From NCBI GenBank assembly GCA_028826165.1, contig JAPDFW010000081.1, positions 186,001 through 250,000 of the forward strand: a DNA stretch of 64,000 bases, read 5' to 3'. Under the pieces are notes generated by a model that saw nothing but the letters and a program-made list of their open reading frames with translations, was not told the DNA's origin and did not search any database. The stretch's first letter is position 1. Each line of letters starts with the position of its first letter. This DNA comes from Anaeramoeba ignava BMAN. Lineage: Eukaryota > Protista > Anaeramoebae. A program made the translations under genes and the position numbers. Positions 39,035 through 51,650 of the stretch are shown piece after piece.

Positions 39035-42000
39035 TCATTTCAAATTAAATAATTCATCAAAGTTAACTAAAAAAATGGAATATTTTGGATCTGTTTCGAT
39101 CCACAAATTTTCCTCTTGTGGAATAACTTGTGAATCATTTAATTGTTGTAGAGAGTCATCAGAACTAGTATCAAGAAGACTTTCCTCATCAAAATGTTTT
39201 TGGGGCGAATTGTCATCTTTTTTTCTGATTTGATAAATATACTTTTCATTTGACGATTTAAACTGTTCAAAATTGGGGAGAATTTTTTGAGATTTTTGTT
39301 GATTGTTATTATTTTCATTGTCTTGTGATTGAGAATCTTGTTGATAAAAAAACTCCATTTCTTTCAAAAGAAAATTATCATCAACAAGTTCTTGTTTGTC
39401 GCTAAAATTTTCAGGATTTGGAGAAGTATTTTTATTGTTACAATTTTCTTCAATTGGTTCTTCTAAGTTTTGGTGGAGATCTTGCAATTCTTGGGTGGAT
39501 TCACCAATATTTGAAATGTATTTTGTGAGAGTCGAATATTTCATTGCTTCAATAAGTTGAAAATCACAATAAAGGGAAAAGCACTGTGTTTGGAAAAATT
39601 CTGTATAAAATTCAGTTAATTTTGGATCAACTGAGTTTAAAAAGCTTTCCTTTACAAAAATCATAACAGGATTTTCAGGATCAGTCACATTAGAAATTGT
39701 GTGATATCTGAAATCCTTAAATGTGTCTTGAAAATATTCTGCGAAAACTTGCAAAATTTGCTCAAAAATATCTTGTCTTTTTTGTTCGTCTTGTTTTTGC
39801 TTTTGTTTTTGTTGTTCTTTTTGAATTTTGATGGTTTCAATCGATTCAACAACAAAATTTTGTTGGGTATTTTTTGGTTCATGAAATCCCAAGTCTTGAA
39901 TTTGTTGTTCATTTGCAAAATCTTCGATGTTAATTTGGTCGTTGGAAATGTCATAATCCTGTTGAAGAGGATGAAAAAAATTTGAGTTGAGATTTTCATT
40001 TAAAGAATGAGATGTTGATAAAGTAGTTTTGTTTTTTGGCGAGATTATAAGTGATGAAACTCGCCGAAATTGTTGTCCGTTTTCATTTTTATTGTCTTGA
40101 GCATCTGGAAATAAAGCCAAACTTGAATGACGAGGAAATTGCTCTTTTTTTATTTGATGTTTTTTTGGCGAGATTTTTTGTAATGAATTAATTTGAGGTT
40201 TTTTTTTGGTTTCTGGTTTCTCATGTGAATTATGGATTGTTGTTTTTTTTGGGTTGGGTTTCGGCAAAATCTTGAGAAGTTGCGAAACTATTGGGTTGAG
40301 TCTTGATTTCAAAGCTGATTGATTAGGAAGTTTTTGTAAAAATTTATGGTTTTTTTTGCTTTTAAAAAGAATTTGATCTTCATCAATATTTATAAATAAA
40401 AACTCAGAAGAACGAGTGATTTGATTTACTTGAGAGTTGATTCCAATTATTATTGGGACTGGAGCTTGAAAAAAAGAGTACAATTTTTTAGGAAGAATGG
40501 GAATCATTACGCCTTGCCATTTAAAAGGATATATCAAAGTATTGATGGACAATCTGCAATGATTTTCAAAGTATTAATCCAAAAAGAAAGAAAGAAAGAA
40601 AAAATTTAAATTTGAAATGATTATTATTTTTATGTAAATTTTTCTGTTTACATGATACTTGATAATTTTTTTAGATCAGAACTGTAGAAAATAACTGAAC
40701 GTTCAAGAAGAACAGAGAGAATTAAAGAAAGAATATGATCAAGTGAGAGATTTGTGAAAAGTTCATCAAATCCCCATAAAGCAAAATTAAGACTGTTATC
40801 TAAAGGTATTTGGAAGTTAATATTAACTAATCCATCGCCTGGTACAAGTTCTATTGATTCTCCTTTTAGAAGGACAGGCAAAGCAGAAATTTTTTGGATA
40901 AAGTCGAATATATTTTTTGGAGAAATTTCCAAATTTGCTATAGGGTCTATTCCCTATATTAAATATTAAATATTAAAAATTAAATATTAAAAATATTAAA
41001 AATTAAATATTAAAAATATTATATATTAAAAATATTAAATATTAAAAATATTAAATATTAAATATTAAATATTAAAAATATTAAATATTAAATATTAAAT
41101 ATTAAATATTAAATATTAAAAATATTAAATATTAAATATTAAAAATATTAAATATTAAATATTAAATATTAAATCTTAAATATTAAATATTAAATATTAA
41201 AAATATTAAATCAAATTTACACTTAGACAAAAAAATTTAGAATCCAAATTGCTTTTTTCTGATGTAGACTTCTTGAAAGGTATAAAAATTTCATCAATAA
41301 TTCTTTCTTTAATTTGTTGGGAAAGATCAAAAAGCGCCAAAGCCTTAGTAAGTTGCTTTATAACATTATTCTGTCGCATAATTAAATACTCCATCGCAAT
41401 GATTGTGTGCAAAATATCAAAATGAAGATTGAAATAAGGATAATAACTTAGTAAACAAATGCAAATCGGCCCAATTAATTTGGGTTTCGACAAGACATTT
41501 GAGTTGTAAGAATTTGGATCTAAAAAACTTGGACGAATTGAATAGTTGATCCAAAAATAAGTTGAGAATCCATAAATGATTCCAGTGGAACCTGTTAATA
41601 AAAATACAAAATCCTCAATATTGCCAAGCTTTTTAGGCTCTTTCTGCTTCTTGTTTGTAATTTCATGAATTAGTTTTGAATTTGAAATGGGCTTGGCTTT
41701 TTTCCTCCAACTCCAACTTTTTGATAACCGACGACTTGATTTTTTTAGTGATTGCTTTTGATTTGATTTTTGAGAATCCAAATCCTTTTCAAAATTCATT
41801 TCAAGTTCAATTCCAGTTGGAAAACAGAATGAAGCAAGTTCTGATAAGTTGATTTCTAGTTGTATTTTGGGGATTTCAAGTAAAATTTCTGGTTCAAATA
41901 TTTTATTTTGCTTTTGCTTGCTTGAAATATTTGATTGTTTAATTCCAACAACTAAAAAATGCTCAAATAAATGTTGTGAGGAATTGAGCAAAGAATCATT

Positions 42001-42162
42001 TTCAATTTGTGATTTTGAACTAATTTGTTGACTTTTAATTAACATTTCATTGTCGATTTGAAAGGTGGGTTGTTTTTTTCGTGATTTCTTTTTTGAAGGT
42101 GAAAAATTGTTTTTATTTTTATTTTTATTTTTATTTTTGTTTTTGTTTTTGTTTTTTTTCAT
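39035..42162 (-). CDS. DENN-domain Rab GEF; exons 42162-41221, 40953-40652, 40553-39035
   Basis: LFEHFLVVG, FCFPTG, FVFLLT..IYGF, CLLSYYPYF, LLERSVIFYS, LIYPFKWQ..IPILP..APVPIIIG, FFQTQCF. Confidence 0.88.
40958..41210. repeat. (AAATATT)n intronic repeat
   Basis: Direct 7-9 bp repeat. Confidence 0.85.
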
Positions 42163-42389
42163 TTTTTGTAAAATCCAATTTGTTTTTATATTGAGAATTT
42201 TGAAATAATAAATGTTTAAAAATTTATGAACAAAATTTTTTTTTTGTTCTTTCCAATTAAAATCCAAAAAAAAAATAGATTAAAACTAAAAAAAAAAAAG
42301 GAAAAAAAAATGAAAATTATTTTTCTTCTTTTTTTTTTCAATAAATTTATTAACAACAAAAAAAAAAACTTAAAATTAAAAATATAGCA

Positions 42390-44448
42390 ATGAATCAATT
42401 ATCAAATCTTTATAGACATCATAGATTTGAAGAACTTGAATTAGTTTGTTATCAAACTATTCAATCTTTAAACAAAAAAATGGAAAATGAAAGAAATTCA
42501 AATCAATTTTGGATTGTGAAAATGTTTCAAGCTTCAAGTTATTATTTTTATCAAAAATACGAAGAAAGTTGTGAAATATTCTTTGAAATCTGCCAAAAAC
42601 CAAATATCGAGACTAATATTTATGTAACAAGTCTTATTAATTTATGTTCATGTTATTTAAAAAAGCAGATTCAAAACGAGAAAATAGGAAAATTTTTAGT
42701 GCAAACATTGGATGATTTCCCAACAATTTTCTACAAGATCCAATCGCTGGAATCAAAGAAAATTCGAGTCAGATTGGAATATGGTTTTCGTTTGAATTGT
42801 TCACTTTGGTTTTTAATCCATAAAAATTACAAACAATCAAATCAAATTGTGGATCTATTTCGAAAGGAAAATAATGAAACAGCACAATTACTTGCTCAAT
42901 TCAAGGACAAAATGAAAGGAAAAGTACTAAAATCGATGATCGTGACAACAGTCATCGATACACTTCTTGTGTTTGCTGTTTCTTTTGTGACTTCATCAAC
43001 ACAAATTTCTCAAGAATTGATTTTGATTTTGCACAATTTTTTTGAAATGTATTGGCTTCCCGAACAAGCAAGAAAAAAAGTGGGATATCTTCTGTCGGTC
43101 CTTCATTTCTTCTCAGGAAATAATGCAGAAGCTGTTTCTGTTTGTCGAAGATGCTTTTCGCTTGATTCCCAATGTCCGCAAATTATTTTTTTATTGGGAT
43201 ATTTGTATTATTGCACAAATTCACGTAAATGCGAATCACATTTGACAAAGTGTTATACTATATATAACTACAGATCGCGCGATGCTAAGATTATCTTGGC
43301 TTGTTTTTATGCGCGGAATGGTCTTGAGAATCTAGCGTTGATTCTCTTAAAGGATATTATTGAAAGTGAGGAAAATGAGTATATAATTGCAATTTTCAAT
43401 TTATATCTTCTTTTCACATCACAATCAAACAAAAAATTAAGTGGAATCCAAATCAATCAACTTAATGAGTTGGTTTTCAAGGCATTTAGCAGTGAAGACT
43501 TGGGAATCACTCTTGGAAACAATACAGATACAAATAATTCAAATAATTCAAATAATTCAAATAATTCAAATAATTCAAATAATAAAATTGTTTCAAGACT
43601 TTATTTCATCGAGCAGAACATGACCAATGATTCTCTTGATTTCAAAAAAATTTCCACTTTAAATAGTGATAAAAATTTTTCACTTGTTTGGACAAAAAAA
43701 GATTTTCCCTCTTGTTTCTGTTCTGCTTGTCCCAAAACTGCTTCGGATTATTGCATCCAATTTTTTCATCGCCAATTTCCACACACAAGCATTTTCTGTT
43801 TATGAACTTTTATTAAAACAAAACAAATTTGATAGCGAATTTGAGATCCATTTTTGTCAACAATTTTTTTATTTGGCTTTAAAGAAAAATTTTCAATTGG
43901 AAGAAATTATCATTCCCAAAATTGACCAATTTCTAACCGCAAAAGAAAATAACAAAATAAACCGAGACCAAATGATTCAGTTTGAAATTTATAAAATTGA
44001 AGCATTAGTGCGATTGGGGAAAGACAAAGAAGCACTTGAATTTGCAGATTTTGTTGTTGAAAATTTTGGAGTAAATGAAAACAAAAAATGGCAAGAAATT
44101 GTTTATAATAATCGGGGATTGCTGCTGTTAAAACTAAATCGTGAAAAGGAAGCAATTACCAACTTCCAATTCATGATATCCTTTCTTGATCAACCTATTA
44201 CTGCAATTTATAATCTTGTGAATATTTTGATTTTTATTGGAGAATTTTCAAGAGCTTCTGAATTTTGGTTCGATTATAGAAAATCAAATTTCAATCAAGA
44301 ATCCCAATTTTCTCAAAATTCTTCTGAAAAATTAAATGAAATGTTTTGGGTTTGTGATGAAAAAATTGATTCAAGTTTTTTGGAAGAAATGGACAAATAT
44401 ATGATTCAAATTATTTCCAAAAATAAAGAGAATATGAATATAGATTAA
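42390..44448 (+). CDS. TPR-like helical repeat protein, split by a +1 frameshift or an intron near 43590-43701
   Basis: Two overlapping ORFs (42390-43805 and 43666-44448) with TPR-like helices (VYNNRGLLLLKLNREKEAITNF, IIFLLGYLYY). Confidence 0.65.
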
Positions 44449-44777
44449 AAAATTTTCACTTAGCAAATAAAATTAAACAAAAAATTAAACAAAAAAATTA
44501 TTGATCTTCATTTTAAATTTTGGAAATAAAGAAATAAACAATTTTCATTGTCATCTTATTAATTAATTTTTAATTCATTTTTAATTTATTTTTTAAATTA
44601 TTTTTTAAATTATTTTTTAATTTATTTTTTAATTTATTTTTTAATTTAGGGGTGTTTCAATTTTTTAAGACAAATTAATAATAAAAATTAATAATAAAAA
44701 TTAAAATAAAAATTACTTTTTTTTTCCTCTTTTTTTTTTCATTTTTTTCCTTTCATTTTTTATTTTTTTTTTTAATA

Positions 44778-46037
44778 ATGCAAGTTAATTTAAATCGTAA
44801 AACAGGTTTTATTGAAAAATTCCTTAAGAAAATTTTCCACAACTTAATTATTCAAATGATCTATCCAGGAGTAGCCAAACAACCTGACAGTGTAGAAGCG
44901 ATGAAAAAAACGATGAGAGAATTCAGCATAGCAATCGGACGCGAAGAAGTAGAACTTTACACAACGGATCACATCAAATTAGAAGCACAATATTTTGACA
45001 TCAATAAATGCCGGGAGAATTTAAACAATAAAGAATTCTCGAAAAAATGGATCCAAAAAATAACTGAAGAACTAGAAAGTTATCCTGAAGCAATGACAAG
45101 ATTCAAACCAGATGCAGAAAACTTGGCAGATTTTTTCCAACTGAAATTACCCGAAATCAACTATCAAAAAAACAAGAACCCGATCAAAGTGGCTTGTTTT
45201 TGCCACGGACAAAGTGGACTAATCAACACATCACCGAATCGTGTATTCAACTATTTACTCAAGGGAATGTCTGTTTTGGAATTCAATTATCGCGGATTCG
45301 GTAATTCTCAGGGGTTTCCTTCATACGAAGGCACATGCAAAGATGGGATAGCTGCATGTAATTGGCTTATCAAGAACAAGGGATTCGAACCTGAGGAGAT
45401 TGTGGCTCACGGAATAAGTCTCGGTGTTGGTGTTGCTGCTGTTGTTGCGCAGAAAATACCCGGCGTCAACTTGATTATCGATCGAGGATATTCCAAACTT
45501 GCTTGGGTCGGTTATGACACTATTAAATTGCTCTTTTTTTTGTGGCTGGGAAAGTTTTGGGGCTTTCTTCTTGGATTCCTTGTCTTTTGGCTAGTCTATT
45601 TTTTTACTGAATTATACTTCTCTTATCCTGTTGAAAAAATCATCCCAACAATCATCGGTCGTGTTCTTATTATTCATGCAAAACATGATGAGCGAATGGC
45701 TCAATATCATGCTAAAAGAAACTTTCAAGCTCTTGTTAAAGCAAAATTGGGTAATAAACCCCTTAAGGAAAAAGTTGACCATCTTAGAAATTCTTCCTTT
45801 ATTCTTGCTCCTGGCACTCATGATTACTTCCTCCATAAAAATGTTCCAAGGAATAAAGACTCTGATATTATTGTTTGGTTTTCTCATTTGGAAACTCAAA
45901 AAAAAGTTATGAACTTTTATTTCAACAGAAATTTGGATGACCAACAACTGTTTCAAATTGATAATTATATTGAGAATGAAAATGAAAATGAAAATGAAAA
46001 TGAAAATAATACTAATTTGGATTTGTCAATTAATTAA
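44778..46037 (+). CDS. Alpha/beta hydrolase (ABHD12/13/16-like)
   Basis: CHGQ, FNYRGFGNSQG.PS..G, GISLG nucleophile elbow, HAKHDE, GTHD. Confidence 0.88.
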   Translation: MQVNLNRKTGFIEKFLKKIFHNLIIQMIYPGVAKQPDSVEAMKKTMREFSIAIGREEVELYTTDHIKLEAQYFDINKCRENLNNKEFSKKWIQKITEELESYPEAMTRFKPDAENLADFFQLKLPEINYQKNKNPIKVACFCHGQSGLINTSPNRVFNYLLKGMSVLEFNYRGFGNSQGFPSYEGTCKDGIAACNWLIKNKGFEPEEIVAHGISLGVGVAAVVAQKIPGVNLIIDRGYSKLAWVGYDTIKLLFFLWLGKFWGFLLGFLVFWLVYFFTELYFSYPVEKIIPTIIGRVLIIHAKHDERMAQYHAKRNFQALVKAKLGNKPLKEKVDHLRNSSFILAPGTHDYFLHKNVPRNKDSDIIVWFSHLETQKKVMNFYFNRNLDDQQLFQIDNYIENENENENENENNTNLDLSIN

Positions 46038-46144
46038 TCAATCAATCAATTAAATTTCAATTTCTTTCATTTCCTTTCTTTCTGTTTTTATTTTAAAATT
46101 TAAAATTTAAAATTTAAAATAAAAAAATTTGGAATTATTGTTTT

Positions 46145-47169
46145 TTAATCTTTCTTTTTAAGTGCTTTTGCTAAATTCTCAATCAACTTTGGTGTTCGTG
46201 GTTCATCTTTAACAATCATCATCATAAAGTTTTCAGCAGTAATCTCTTCATTATGGTGAATATAGTTTGTGTTTGTTCCAATTTTTTCCCAAAATTGAAA
46301 AGGAAGTTCTTGAGGAGGAATAAGTTCTAAAGAATTGAAATCATTCTCATCAGAATTAGGTTTTAGTTTTGGAACCCATTCATTCTTGTCATTTTTATGC
46401 ACAATAAGAAATCCAAGTTCGAGATAATTGAAGAAAGTTTGACCAAAAGAGGGATTGAAGATTTTGCTTTTGGAATACATGATCGGAGTGATATTGATTG
46501 AGTCTGTTGCATTTAAATCAATTGGAAGATAATGAGAAATATTAACAGCATCAGGATTACTAATCTTATATTCCAATAATTGATGTGGATAATCAATGGG
46601 TGTTCCGAATGAATGGAATCCAAAAATGGAATAAATTTCATCTCTTTTTTCCGTTGGCATATTTCGTGAAATGATATGCCATAATTCATGTGCCAAAGTT
46701 GATTTTTTGATATCCATACTTTGAGGATAAAAAATTCCATTCATTCCTCTACAATAAGCTGCTTCTCCTTCATCTTTGCCTGTTGTTTTAACAAGAAAGA
46801 TTTGTTCTGGAATTGTTAGAGCTTCATATTTTTCAAATTCAGTTCTAAGTTCTTCGATGATATTTTCCCAATTCTAAATCAATTAAAATTAATTTATAAA
46901 ATCATATTTATTTTTTTTTCCAATTTCCAAAATAATTTTACTTCTTTTTCTTTTTCGTTCCATTCAATAACTTGCTTTGCTTGAAATTCCATTAATTCTT
47001 CAGATGAAACTGGTCTTGAAGTTTGTAATTTTGCAGAACGTTCAAAATCACTTAAACCAGAAAGATATTCATCTTTTGTTAATAATATCTTTGTTCCTTC
47101 TTCTTTAGAATCAAGAATAATGAAGCTATTATAGAAAAGTTTTGCTTGTCTAAGTGTTTGCTTTTCCAT
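46145..47169 (-). CDS. HExxH-motif putative zinc metallopeptidase, bacterial-like; exons 47169-46942 and 46873-46145
   Basis: In-frame phase-0 intron; VKTTGKDEGEAAYCRG, LAHELWHIISR, SNPDA, NTNYIHHNEEITAENF. Confidence 0.7.
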
Positions 47170-47334
47170 TTCAATTTAATTCTTTTCTTTTTAATTTTTC
47201 TTTTTGATCTTTTTTTAATCTGGAAAAAAGAAAAAATAAATTTAAATTTTTTTTTTCATTTTTTTTTCATTTTTCTTTTAAATTTTCTTTTATTAATATT
47301 ATTACTTTTTTTGCTTATCTTTTCTTATCCAATA

Positions 47335-47684
47335 ATGTCGAAAGTCCAAAACGTTCAAAAAGAAGTAGATGAAGTTAAAGATATTATGCATAAAAACATT
47401 GACAAAGTGATTGATAGACAAGAAAAAATTGAAAATCTTGAAAACAAATCTGAAAACTTATTATATCAAGGAAACCAATTTAAAAAGCAAAGCACAACTC
47501 TTAAAAAAAGGATGTGTTGGCAAAATTGGAAGGTATTTTGATAATTAAAAATTTAATTGAAAAAAAATTAACTGAAAGAATTAACTGAAAAAATTTAACT
47601 GAAAAAATTTAGTTGAACTTAATCATCATTTCAATTGTTATCGTTATCATCTTGATTATTGTTCTCTCAGTTACTCTCAAATAA
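47335..47684 (+). CDS. Synaptobrevin/VAMP R-SNARE (brevin); exons 47335-47532 and 47613-47684
   Basis: VDEVKDIMHKNIDKVIDRQEKIENL..FKKQS..LKKRMCWQNWK followed by a C-terminal TM helix. Confidence 0.92.
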
Positions 47685-47896
47685 TTCCAAATTCTAAATT
47701 CCAAATATCAACAAAATTGCATTTTTTTCATTCTTTTTTTTTCCTTTTAACACTTTTTTTTTCTCTTCATAATTTCAACAAAAAAAAAAATCAAAGTCAA
47801 TTTTGATTAAAAAAAATGCATTCAAAACAAATGAAAATTCTTTTTGATAAAAAAAATTTTTTTTTAAAATCAATTTTATCATTTAAAAAAAAAAAA

Positions 47897-49936
47897 ATGG
47901 AACAAATAATTACTATTCAAATTGGACAATGTGGAAATCAAATTGCTAATTGTTTTTTACTAGATTGTCTAGAAGAACATTTAACAAACAAAAAAACACA
48001 AACAAAATTTCCTTCTTTATTTTTTCGAAGAAGAAACACAAAAAAAAAGCAATTTCAACCAAGATCTATATTAATTGATTCAGAACCAAATGTATTAAAA
48101 AAAATACAAAATCAAAATGAAAATCAATATCAAAATCAAAATCAAAATCAAAATCAAAATCAAAATCAAAATCAAAATCAAAATCAAAATCAAAATCAAA
48201 ATCAAAATCAAAATCAAAATCAAAATCAAAATCAATATCAAAATCAAAATCAAAATCAAAATAAAAATCAATATAAAAATCAATATCAATATCAATATCA
48301 AAATCAAAATCAAAATCAAAATCAAAATCAATATCAAAATCAAAATCAAAATAAAAATCAAAATCCAAATCAAAATCAAAATCAAAATCAAAATCAATAT
48401 AAAAATCAATATCAAAATCAAAATCAAAATCAAAATCAATATCAATATCAAAATCAATATCAAAATCAAAATCAAAATCAAAATAAAAATCAAAATCAAA
48501 ATCAATATAAAAATCAAAATCAATATAAAAATAAAAATCAATATCAAAATCAATATCAAAATCAATATCAAAATCAATATCAAAATCAAAATCAAAATCA
48601 AAATCAAAATCAAAATCAAAATCAAAATCAAAATCAAAATCAAAATCAAAATCAAAATCAAAATCAAAATCAAAATCAAAATTTAAATCAAAATCAAAAT
48701 CAATATCAAAATCAATATCAAAATCAAAATAAAAATCAATATAAAAATCAAAATCAAAATCAATATAAAAATAAAAATCAATATCAAAATCAAAATAAAA
48801 ATCAAAATCAAAATCAATATAAAAATCAATATCAAAATCAAAATCAAAATCAAAATCAAAATAAAAATCAAAATCAAAACTTGATTTTTTTCGAAAATCA
48901 AATCTTAACAAGTTTCGAAGGTTCAGGAAATAATTTTGCAAAAGGTTGGTTTGAAGGAAAAGAAAATCAAGAAATAATAAACGAATGCATTAGAAAAGAA
49001 ACAGAAGAAACAGATTCATTTAGTAGTTTCTTGATTTTCAATTCAATATCAGGAGGAACAGGAAGTGGAACAGGATCTTTTATTCTTGAACAATTATATG
49101 ATTTTTATCCAAAAATAACAAAGATTTCAATTCCCATTCTCGCTTCTAATTATTCTCAAGATGTAACTGTTAGTCCTTATAATTCTCTTTTGGCTTTGAG
49201 TTCTATTAATGAATTTTCTTCATGTGTAATTCCTTTTGATAATTATTCTCTGAGTAAAATTTTGCAAAAATTCCAAAAATTCCAAAAATTTAAAGATTTT
49301 CAAAATTGTAAAGATTTCTCCTCTTTTAATTCATTAATCTCTACTTCTCTTCTTGATTTATTTGCTGGTTCTCGTTTTCCTACTCAATTTTCCCTTTCTT
49401 TTAATTCCCTTCTTCAGTTTTTATTACCTTATCCTGACTTGAAATTTTTGAATCCAAGTTTTCCTTTTGAATTTGAATTTAAAACAAAAAACCCAAAAAT
49501 TATTCACAATAAAATCACTAATATTTTCAAGAATTCCCGAAAAAATTCTTATCAACTCAATTGTGCGGATCTTTTTTTTGGAACAGATCTTTCTCGCTTG
49601 TGTTTTTTAAGAGGAAAAAATGTGATAAATGATAATTTTGTGGAAATTTGTGAAAATTCATTAAGTTTAATTGATTCTAATTCAATTCAAACAAACACAT
49701 CATTTTGTAATGTTTTATATTATAATAATCCTGTTTCAAGATGTTTCCAACTTACAAATTCAACTGGAATTCAGAATGTGATAAATCCAATTCTCCAAAA
49801 TTTCCAAAAATTATTTCGAAAGAAGTTTTTTATTCATCATTTTAATCAATTTTTTGATGTTTTTGAATTTGAAAATTCTTTTGAAAATTTAATGAATTTA
49901 GTCGAGAGATATAAATCATTTGAATTAAGGAAATAA
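47897..49936 (+). CDS. Divergent tubulin-superfamily protein, most epsilon-like, with a long QN insertion
   Basis: IQIGQCGNQI, PRSILIDSEP, GSGNNFAKG, SISGGTGSGTG, DVTVSPYNSLLAL, FDN, RKKFFIHHF. Confidence 0.8.
   Translation: MEQIITIQIGQCGNQIANCFLLDCLEEHLTNKKTQTKFPSLFFRRRNTKKKQFQPRSILIDSEPNVLKKIQNQNENQYQNQNQNQNQNQNQNQNQNQNQNQNQNQNQNQNQNQYQNQNQNQNKNQYKNQYQYQYQNQNQNQNQNQYQNQNQNKNQNPNQNQNQNQNQYKNQYQNQNQNQNQYQYQNQYQNQNQNQNKNQNQNQYKNQNQYKNKNQYQNQYQNQYQNQYQNQNQNQNQNQNQNQNQNQNQNQNQNQNQNQNQNLNQNQNQYQNQYQNQNKNQYKNQNQNQYKNKNQYQNQNKNQNQNQYKNQYQNQNQNQNQNKNQNQNLIFFENQILTSFEGSGNNFAKGWFEGKENQEIINECIRKETEETDSFSSFLIFNSISGGTGSGTGSFILEQLYDFYPKITKISIPILASNYSQDVTVSPYNSLLALSSINEFSSCVIPFDNYSLSKILQKFQKFQKFKDFQNCKDFSSFNSLISTSLLDLFAGSRFPTQFSLSFNSLLQFLLPYPDLKFLNPSFPFEFEFKTKNPKIIHNKITNIFKNSRKNSYQLNCADLFFGTDLSRLCFLRGKNVINDNFVEICENSLSLIDSNSIQTNTSFCNVLYYNNPVSRCFQLTNSTGIQNVINPILQNFQKLFRKKFFIHHFNQFFDVFEFENSFENLMNLVERYKSFELRK
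48108..48879 (+). repeat. (CAAAAT)n coding microsatellite (QN/QY/KN)
   Basis: Hexamer repeat with variants, in frame within the tubulin ORF. Confidence 0.9.
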
Positions 49937-51650
49937 ATATAAAATTTAAATTAAAGTTATTAATAATTAATTTAATCAATTTAATCAATTTAATCAATTT
50001 AATATTTAAATTAATCAATTTAAATCAATTTAATCAATTTAATCAATTTAATCAATTTAATCAATTTAATCTTTTTGGATTGAAATAAAAAATTAAGGAA
50101 ATAAATATAAAATTTAAATTAAAATTATTAATAATCAATTTATTCAATTTATTCTTTTTGGATTGAAATAAAAATTTAAGGAAATAAATATAAATTTTAA
50201 ATTAAAATTATAAATAATAAATTTAATCAATTTAATTAATTTAATCAATTTAATCAATTTAATCAATTTAATCAATTTAATCAATTTAATAAATTTAATC
50301 AATTTAATTAATTTAATCAATTTAATTAATTTAATCAATTTAATCTTTTTGGATTGAAATAAAAATTAAGAAAATAAATATAAATTTTAAATTAAAATTA
50401 TTAATAATTAATTTAATCAATTTATTCTTTTTGGATTGAAATAAAAAATAAGGAAATAAATATAATTTTTAAATTAAAAATTTAAATTTAATCAATTTAA
50501 TCAATTTAATCATTTTGGATTGTAATAAAAATAAGGAAATAAATATAAATTTTAAATTAAAAATTATTAATAATAAATTTAATTAATTTTATTCAATAAA
50601 ATTTAATCAATTTATTCTTTTTGGATTGAAATAAAAATAAGGAAATAAATATAAAATTTAAATTAAAAATTAATAATTTAATTTATTCAATTTATTCTTT
50701 TTGGATTGAAATAAAAATTTAAGGAAATAAATATAAATTTTAAATTAAAATTATTAATAATCAATTTAATCAATTTAATCAATTTAATAAATTTAAAATT
50801 TTCAATTTAATCAATTTAATCAATTTAATCAATTTAATCAATTTAATCAATTTAATCAATTTAATCAATTTATTTAATTTAACTTTTTGGATTGAAATAA
50901 AAATTAAGAAAAATAAAATAATTTTTAAATTAAAATTATTAATAATTAATTTAATCAATTTATTCTTTTTGGATTGAAATAAAAATAAGGAAATAAATAT
51001 AAAATTTAAATTAAAATTATTAATAATTAATTTAATCAATTTAATTAATTTAATCTTTTTGGATTGAAATAAAAATAAGGAAATAAATATAAAATTTAAA
51101 TTAAAAATTAATAATCAATTTAATCCTCTCAGTAAAAATAAGAAAATAAATATAAATTTTTAAATTAAAATTATTTAATTAATTTAATCAATTTAATCTT
51201 TTTGGATTGAAATAAAAATTAAGGAAATAAATATAAATTTTAAATTAAAATTATTAATAATTAATTTAATCAATTTATTCTTTTTGGATTGAAATAAAAA
51301 TAAGGAAATAAATATAAAATTTTAAATTAAAATTATTAATAATTATTTTAATAAATTTAATCAATTTAATCAATTTAATCTTTTTAATCAATTTAATAAA
51401 TTTAATCAATTTAATTAATTTAATCAATTTAATCAATTTAATCAATTTAATCAATTTAATCAATTTAATCAATTTAATTAATTTAATCTTTTTGGATTGA
51501 AATAAAAAATAAGGAAATAAATATAAATTTTAAATTAAAATTATAAATAATTATTTTAATAAATTTAATCTTTTTAATCAATTTAATCATTTTGGATTGA
51601 AATAAAAAATAAGAAAATAAATATAAATTTTTAAATTAAAATTATAAAAT
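49923..51650. repeat. Composite minisatellite: ~82-bp core (TTTGGATTGAAATAAAAATAAGGAAATAAATATAAA...) plus variable (AATCAATTT)n, ~15 units
   Basis: The TTGGATTG anchor recurs about 14 times between 50075 and 51600. Confidence 0.88.

Noticed and set aside
49923-51650. CRISPR-like repeat/spacer appearance
   Set aside because: The intervening parts are copies of one 9-mer rather than unique spacers; eukaryotic context with no cas genes.
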